A stretch of 20,000 nucleotides of DNA, taken from IMG/VR virus record IMGVR_UViG_3300008266_000126; one strand, 5' to 3'. A program made the translations under genes and the position numbers. Positions 15,548 to 20,000 of this stretch are shown piece after piece. The stretch is from an uncultured virus (IMG/VR IMGVR_UViG_3300008266_000126). Taxonomy: Duplodnaviria > Heunggongvirae > Uroviricota > Caudoviricetes. Position 1 is the first letter of the stretch, and each line of letters starts with the position of its first letter. The notes under the pieces are model-generated. The model saw nothing but the letters and a program-made list of their open reading frames with translations. It did not search any database and was not told the DNA's origin.

Positions 15548-15564
15548 TTTTTCAAACTATTTTA

Positions 15565-16203
15565 TTAGAAATTAAGTGCATAACCTACTGTTACTGAATC
15601 TCCAGTAGAAGTCCAGCTCTTGTCATATGAACGAGCTGCTGAAATGTTTACTGATTGATCCTTAGCAAACTTGTAAGTCAAGCCTGTACCAACTTGTTGT
15701 GACTCATAGCTGTAAGCAGCATCGAATGAGTTACGATAACGATAGTTGGCAGCATTGATAACAATGTTATCAGTAAGACTGTAGTCCATACCTGCACGAA
15801 GTGCATAGTAGCCATAATTGGCACCACTGGTAAATCTTTGACCAATGCCTGCACCAGCCTTAGCAGTAAAACCAGCAAAAACTGGAAGCTTATAGCCAGC
15901 TTGTGCTTCAATAGTCTGCTTCAATGCTCCGGCATCAGCTGCCTGTGATGTTCCAGCAGCAACGCCTGCTGAAAAGCCACCGCCGAGATTACGTGAGTAT
16001 GCTACAGAATAGTTAGTAGCAGTTGACTTGCTATATTCACCTGTGTTATAGTCGAAACCATATCCAGCTGAAATCGTATTGTCTGCAGATGCTGCAGGTG
16101 CTGCTGCAGTTGCTGCAGGAGCGGCCTTCTTATTAGGAAGGTCTGTAGCATATGCGCCAGTTGCAAAAGCAATAGCGGCTGCAGTAATAAGTAGCTTCTT
16201 CAT
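15565..16203 (-). CDS. Outer-membrane beta-barrel protein (alphaproteobacterial style)
   Basis: Signal peptide AYA|TDLPNKKAAP, Ala/Pro linker, alternating aromatic beta strands, C-terminal Y-A-L-N-F BAM signal; AGGAG RBS. Confidence 0.85.
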   Translation of the reverse strand: MKKLLITAAAIAFATGAYATDLPNKKAAPAATAAAPAASADNTISAGYGFDYNTGEYSKSTATNYSVAYSRNLGGGFSAGVAAGTSQAADAGALKQTIEAQAGYKLPVFAGFTAKAGAGIGQRFTSGANYGYYALRAGMDYSLTDNIVINAANYRYRNSFDAAYSYESQQVGTGLTYKFAKDQSVNISAARSYDKSWTSTGDSVTVGYALNF

Positions 16204-16230
16204 TAATTACTCCTTGGTTAAAGTTATGGG

Positions 16231-16716
16231 TTAGCCTTCAACAATTAAATTATGTCCAGTGAGCTTTTCTTGTCTCGTCCACTGGATTACTAACCCGATT
16301 GCACGTCCGTGGGCTTCGATTTCCCATGGCGTATCCCAATAATCGACCTTTGCAGTATCAACGTATTTGCCGTTGAACTTGTAGACCTTCGGTCTACTAC
16401 AAAGCTCGTAGTACTCTCCTTTAGCCCATTGCTTGACGTGTACTAGCTCATGAGCTAAGGTATTTAGCAGAAGAGATATCTTTTGATTAGGATCTATTTG
16501 TATAGTAAACTCACGAGAATTGCGATGGGTATCTTCCCATATACAATTTCCGTACTGATTTTGATTTTTAAACAAGTCTTTCTTAAAATGTATGTCAATA
16601 ATTAACTTATCACGCATATATTTTGTAAAAAACTTCTTAAGGACAAAATTAGTAAGACTCTTTAACTTACTATAATCACTCTTAGAAACATACTTAGCAT
16701 TATGAAACTTAATCAT
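16231..16716 (-). CDS. Putative zinc metallopeptidase (HExxH)
   Basis: TLAHELVHVKQW...YWDTPWEIEA; start reassigned to ATG 16716 behind GGAGG. Confidence 0.75.
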   Translation of the reverse strand: MIKFHNAKYVSKSDYSKLKSLTNFVLKKFFTKYMRDKLIIDIHFKKDLFKNQNQYGNCIWEDTHRNSREFTIQIDPNQKISLLLNTLAHELVHVKQWAKGEYYELCSRPKVYKFNGKYVDTAKVDYWDTPWEIEAHGRAIGLVIQWTRQEKLTGHNLIVEG

Positions 16717-16746
16717 GAATACCTCCAATAACTAATATTAGTATGT

Positions 16747-17412
16747 TCAGTTATTAAAATCAATAAGATTATCTAGTGAAGGATATATTTTTATAAGTTC
16801 GTTCCAGCATTCTAATGCTATAAGTTGATGTTCTTTCTGGGTACCATTTGCACATCTTAACTGACAATAATGTATCCAAGAACGCACAGAACCAGCCATA
16901 TAGAGACGACTAACAGTAAGTCCTTCTGGGAGTACTGCTCTTGCTTGTTCTTTTGCAATTCCGTTATCGATTGCCCATTTGTATGCAATGTTTGCTGCAT
17001 CAATGACGTATTGTTGTCGCCCTGTCCATTGAAATGATAGGTCGTCGTTGTTTGCTTCAATTGAGTTTTGTCTGTTTTTTGTATCTTGGAGACGGGCTTC
17101 ACGGACTGTGAATCCGAGATCATCGGTCGGATCTGCATATCTTTGCGAGAATTCCTGGAAAGAAAATGAACGGTGTCGTAAAATTTGTCTAGCGATATCA
17201 CGAGTCGTATTAATCTCCATAGTAACATGAGCCATCTCAAAAGGTGACCAATGTTTATGTTTTACCAAATACTTAAGAAGACGATCTGATGTTTCTGTAT
17301 TATGTTGATTTGATGGGTTAGAGACTCTTGCAACATATGCAATGAAATCACTAGGATTCATAGTATTGTTTTCGTCAGCAAGTTGGGTGTACGCTACTAC
17401 TTTTACTGACAT
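16747..17412 (-). CDS. thyX: FAD-dependent thymidylate synthase
   Basis: HWSPFE, RQILRHRSFSFQEFSQRY ThyX signature, EQARAVLP, TQKEH. Confidence 0.97.
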   Translation of the reverse strand: MSVKVVAYTQLADENNTMNPSDFIAYVARVSNPSNQHNTETSDRLLKYLVKHKHWSPFEMAHVTMEINTTRDIARQILRHRSFSFQEFSQRYADPTDDLGFTVREARLQDTKNRQNSIEANNDDLSFQWTGRQQYVIDAANIAYKWAIDNGIAKEQARAVLPEGLTVSRLYMAGSVRSWIHYCQLRCANGTQKEHQLIALECWNELIKIYPSLDNLIDFNN

Positions 17413-17413
17413 A

Positions 17414-17692
17414 TCAGTCTCTCAAAAAGTCATAAGACTTAATCATGATAGATTCTTTAACTGGATAAAAGTCATTACCATTCACACCCTGCATAATATA
17501 ATCACCATAGTATGCCTTCATTGCACCCTCAAGAGTCATAATTAACACACAAGGTTCATCATCACGATCGAGATGAGTAATAAATGCTTTATTATCAGAC
17601 CATTTACGCAATTCCTCATCTGTTAGTTCAGGAGTAAATTGTATTGCTTTTTGAATAAATGGTTTCTTTTTTACAATATATTCATGAATCAT
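17414..17692 (-). CDS. Hypothetical phage protein (TLEG...GDYI family)
   Basis: KKPF..KAIQF, IMTLEGAMKAYYGDYIMQGVNG.DFYPVK..I..KSYD; ATG at 17692 preferred over the TTG start. Confidence 0.7.
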   Translation of the reverse strand: MIHEYIVKKKPFIQKAIQFTPELTDEELRKWSDNKAFITHLDRDDEPCVLIMTLEGAMKAYYGDYIMQGVNGNDFYPVKESIMIKSYDFLRD

Positions 17693-17903
17693 TTTTAATA
17701 CTCTCAATCATTTTAACTACATCTTTAGGAGATTGTTCTACTTCCCATTGAACACCAGTATATCCACCAAATACAAATGTCTTAAGACTACCACCTGGTT
17801 GAGGTGCTGCATCATAGACTGCTGTAATATGATCAACATTAATGTAGATTGGATTACCTTTGTGTGCTTCTACATCATTAGTCAATCTAATAAATTTTGC
17901 CAT
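17682..17903 (-). CDS. Small hypothetical protein, FlbD-like pattern
   Basis: FIRLT...PIYINVDHITAV...VEQSPKDVVKMI resembles FlbD-family small proteins; AGGA RBS. Confidence 0.55.
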   Translation of the reverse strand: MAKFIRLTNDVEAHKGNPIYINVDHITAVYDAAPQPGGSLKTFVFGGYTGVQWEVEQSPKDVVKMIESIKNDS

Positions 17904-17931
17904 AATATATCCTTTGTTAATAAAATGGTAA

Positions 17932-18014
17932 TGGTAGGCGCGGCCGGACTTGAACCGGCAAGCCGAAGCAACGAATTTTAAGTCCGTCGAGTTTACCTAT
18001 TTCTCCACGCGCCC
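17932..18014 (-). tRNA. tRNA-Leu(TAA)
   Basis: GGGCGCG acceptor stem, anticodon loop CT-TAA-AA, variable arm GC-TTCG-GC, GGTTCAAGTCC T arm, encoded CCA. Confidence 0.93.
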
Positions 18015-18016
18015 AT

Positions 18017-18093
18017 TGGCGATCACGCCTGGACTCGAACCAGGACTCTGCCGCTTAGAAGGCGGCTGCTTTGTCCAGTTAAGCTACGTGACC
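18017..18093 (-). tRNA. tRNA-Arg(TCT)
   Basis: GGTCACG acceptor stem, GCCGC-CT-TCT-AA-GCGGC anticodon arm, GGTTCGAGTCC T arm, encoded CCA. Confidence 0.95.
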
Positions 18094-18096
18094 ATC

Positions 18097-18390
18097 TCAA
18101 TAAAGATTAATGTTTAATTTTTCACGAAAGTATTTTTTAAGTTCTTTTTCAAAGAACTCTGGTGAAGTTGTCATATAAGTTGTATATAGTTTTGTAATAT
18201 CGTCATCTTTATGATGAAGTTTACCGTATACAGTATAGCCTCGTTCTTGAACTATATCAATAAGATCTTGATCTTTTGTACCCGGTTCATAAACAACAAA
18301 GCCACGACTTTTAAGCTCATCTACTAGATCATAGTCATCAATATCATCTAAGTCAAAATCAACATCAACTGTTTGTGTAATAGTTGGCAT
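18097..18390 (-). CDS. Acidic hypothetical protein
   Basis: 97-aa ORF packed in the operon; internal duplication DLVDELKSRGFVVY / DLIDIVQERGYTVY. Confidence 0.65.
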   Translation of the reverse strand: MPTITQTVDVDFDLDDIDDYDLVDELKSRGFVVYEPGTKDQDLIDIVQERGYTVYGKLHHKDDDITKLYTTYMTTSPEFFEKELKKYFREKLNINLY

Positions 18391-18391
18391 A

Positions 18392-18520
18392 TCACTTGTA
18401 CCTTTTGTTTATCTCATCAATCCTAATATTAAGATACTCTATAATGAAATCTTTTGCAACTGATTTTTCAAAGTATATCTTGGCATAGTTAAGTTCATCA
18501 ACAAAGGCAGCTTTTTTCAT
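18392..18520 (-). CDS. Small hypothetical protein (start uncertain)
   Basis: Fills the gap between neighbours. ATG 18520 (MKKAAFVDEL...) avoids the 89-nt overlap implied by the ORF track, but no clear RBS is visible. Confidence 0.4.
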   Translation of the reverse strand: MKKAAFVDELNYAKIYFEKSVAKDFIIEYLNIRIDEINKRYK

Positions 18521-18548
18521 CTGATCTACTGAATAATTATAAGGCAGA

Positions 18549-19118
18549 TCAGTCCCAGAGTGCCTCAAAGTACTTGCCGAAAAGCCTAAATCCGTTTGAT
18601 TTTCTTGCATTCCACTTCTCCCAGCCTTCTTTGTCAAACTTATGTGTATGATTAGGACCTTCTACCATTTCCCAATAATGTTCTTTCTTGGGTTTAGACT
18701 CTGGTGTTTCACCCATCTTATATAAAGTTTCGTCTAATACATTACCTTCAATATCCACTTTTCTCCAGAGTATATCTGTTTCACCTGTATGAAACTGATC
18801 ATCTGCTCTATCATCAATCTTTTGTGCAAATGCCCAGATCATCTCATCAAGCACCCAATCCCAACGTTTATGAAAATTATCATCAGTATCATATTCGTTC
18901 TTTTTAGGAGGTGCAGATGAAGAACGAAGTTCTTCTGGGACATCCTCGTCATCGACTAATGGTGCACCATGCTTTGTTGCTTGAAGCTGAACAAGTAAAG
19001 GGTGAATGATAATAGAAAGAGTATGATCCATTGACCATGTATCCCACTTATCAATCTGAATTTTTATCTTACGTTCAGCACCAAATTTTCTAGGGTATTT
19101 TCCAAGTGATACTTTCAT
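18549..19118 (-). CDS. Conserved phage hypothetical protein
   Basis: MKV.LGKYP start in a TGATG overlap; DKWDTWSMDHTL..II.P.L.QL...KHGAP, RWDWVLDEMIWAF and GFRLFGKYFEALWD motifs. Confidence 0.75.
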   Translation of the reverse strand: MKVSLGKYPRKFGAERKIKIQIDKWDTWSMDHTLSIIIHPLLVQLQATKHGAPLVDDEDVPEELRSSSAPPKKNEYDTDDNFHKRWDWVLDEMIWAFAQKIDDRADDQFHTGETDILWRKVDIEGNVLDETLYKMGETPESKPKKEHYWEMVEGPNHTHKFDKEGWEKWNARKSNGFRLFGKYFEALWD

Positions 19119-19897
19119 CAGAATACAATCCACCCGTTTTCTTCATCTATCATATACTTGTCGGTATTCTTCAACCCCTTGATAAAACCATTAGGAGGGA
19201 TCATATTATATCTAGCAGTTTTATCATCTGGTTGTGTATGAGATTTCTTTTGTTCTACTGGTACAATAACTGGTGCAGGATCTACAACATACATCGGCAT
19301 CCTAAAAAGATTACGAACACCCATAATATGATCGATAGAAAGACCTAAGATATGATAACCTTGATTTTTTTGTTCATTATAATTTAAGAGAGTTTGTAGG
19401 CAGTTTCTTGCTGTATTAGGAGTTATTGCATAAGCATGCGTGCCTTCAAATTTTTCTATCTGTACTCTTGTAAATGGTTCATCGATACATTCATAGTCAT
19501 CTCTATGATCAACTCTGTAACCTAAAAACAACCATTCATTATCTTGTACATCTGCATCTAAAAAGTTACGCTTAACAATAGCATCGTGCTCAAATACTGC
19601 TACTGCTCCTGTATGTTCTGATGCAATCTTTTTCCATATAGAAAGGTGGCCTGTCAGACACAATTGTTCTTTAAACCATATATTAAGAACATCGTTTGTT
19701 GCTTCATGACCGTCAACTCGAGGATCTACTTTAAATCCCCAGTTGTCATATATTTCTTTTGTTGTGGTAGGAAGTTTCATACCTTTAAAAGGTGTAACAG
19801 GGATGCCATGCTCTTCACAAGATTTCTTACACTCCTCCATATACTTTATAGCATCAGGAGTATCAATGTATAAAATATAAGCATGCTCAATTTTCAT
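19118..19897 (-). CDS. Glycosyltransferase family 25-like protein
   Basis: AYILYI start, CLTGHLSIWKKI, VFEHDA, GTHAYAITP..A and SIDH motifs. Confidence 0.7.
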   Translation of the reverse strand: MKIEHAYILYIDTPDAIKYMEECKKSCEEHGIPVTPFKGMKLPTTTKEIYDNWGFKVDPRVDGHEATNDVLNIWFKEQLCLTGHLSIWKKIASEHTGAVAVFEHDAIVKRNFLDADVQDNEWLFLGYRVDHRDDYECIDEPFTRVQIEKFEGTHAYAITPNTARNCLQTLLNYNEQKNQGYHILGLSIDHIMGVRNLFRMPMYVVDPAPVIVPVEQKKSHTQPDDKTARYNMIPPNGFIKGLKNTDKYMIDEENGWIVF

Positions 19898-19915
19898 AGG
19901 TCACCTATTATAAAA

Positions 19916-19990
19916 TGGTTGCGGGGGATGGAGTTGAACCACCGACCTTCGGATTATGAGTCCGACGCTCTTCCTCTGCGCTACCCCGCG
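19916..19990 (-). tRNA. tRNA-Met(CAT), initiator-like acceptor stem
   Basis: CGCGGGG/CCCCGCA with C1:A72 mismatch, TCGGA-CT-CAT-AA-TCCGA anticodon arm, encoded CCA. Confidence 0.9.
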
Positions 19991-20000
19991 TCAACTTTGT

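Noticed and set aside
16731..16742. 12-bp palindrome ACTAATATTAGT between thyX and the peptidase gene
   Set aside because: Single AT-rich occurrence with no second copy seen; could be chance.
6085..17240. Nested alternative-frame minus-strand ORFs (6085-6288, 13599-13799, 15678-15911, 16857-17240)
   Set aside because: They lie fully inside real genes. The Leu/Val-rich translations are the expected by-product of NNT-biased codons in the true frame.
2213..19873. All plus-strand ORFs in the track (2213, 7027, 7599, 7977, 8793, 11602, 15174, 17048, 17342, 17733, 18704, 19106, 19646)
   Set aside because: They are antisense shadows of well-supported minus-strand genes or tRNAs, with no recognisable motifs.

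Overview
AT-rich segment of a large T4-like (myovirus) bacteriophage genome, with all credible genes on the minus strand. In transcription order (right to left) it holds: tRNA-Met(CAT), a GT25 glycosyltransferase, hypotheticals, tRNA-Arg(TCT), tRNA-Leu(TAA), thyX, a HExxH metallopeptidase, an alphaproteobacterial-type outer-membrane beta-barrel and pstS with Pho boxes. Next come a stand-alone small gene with its own sigma70-like promoter and terminator, and a late-promoter (NATAAATA) block. The window ends with Dps, virion proteins, lipase + i-spanin + o-spanin, primase (gp61), a 2OG-Fe(II) oxygenase, an AbrB-like protein and the start of a ribonucleotide reductase. Most notable: (1) a late cluster whose proteins begin with T4 capsid-targeting-like peptides (M-x-T-F-x-x-F/Y-I-x-E) and include a PD-(D/E)xK nuclease-like protein and a split RNA-ligase-like nucleotidyltransferase, next to a 1010-aa nucleotidyltransferase-led protein that looks like a protease-processed polyprotein, together suggesting virion-delivered enzyme cargo; (2) a Pho-box promoter interlocked with a terminator that would make pstS dependent on phosphate starvation. 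All functional calls come from motif recognition by eye; no database searches were run.
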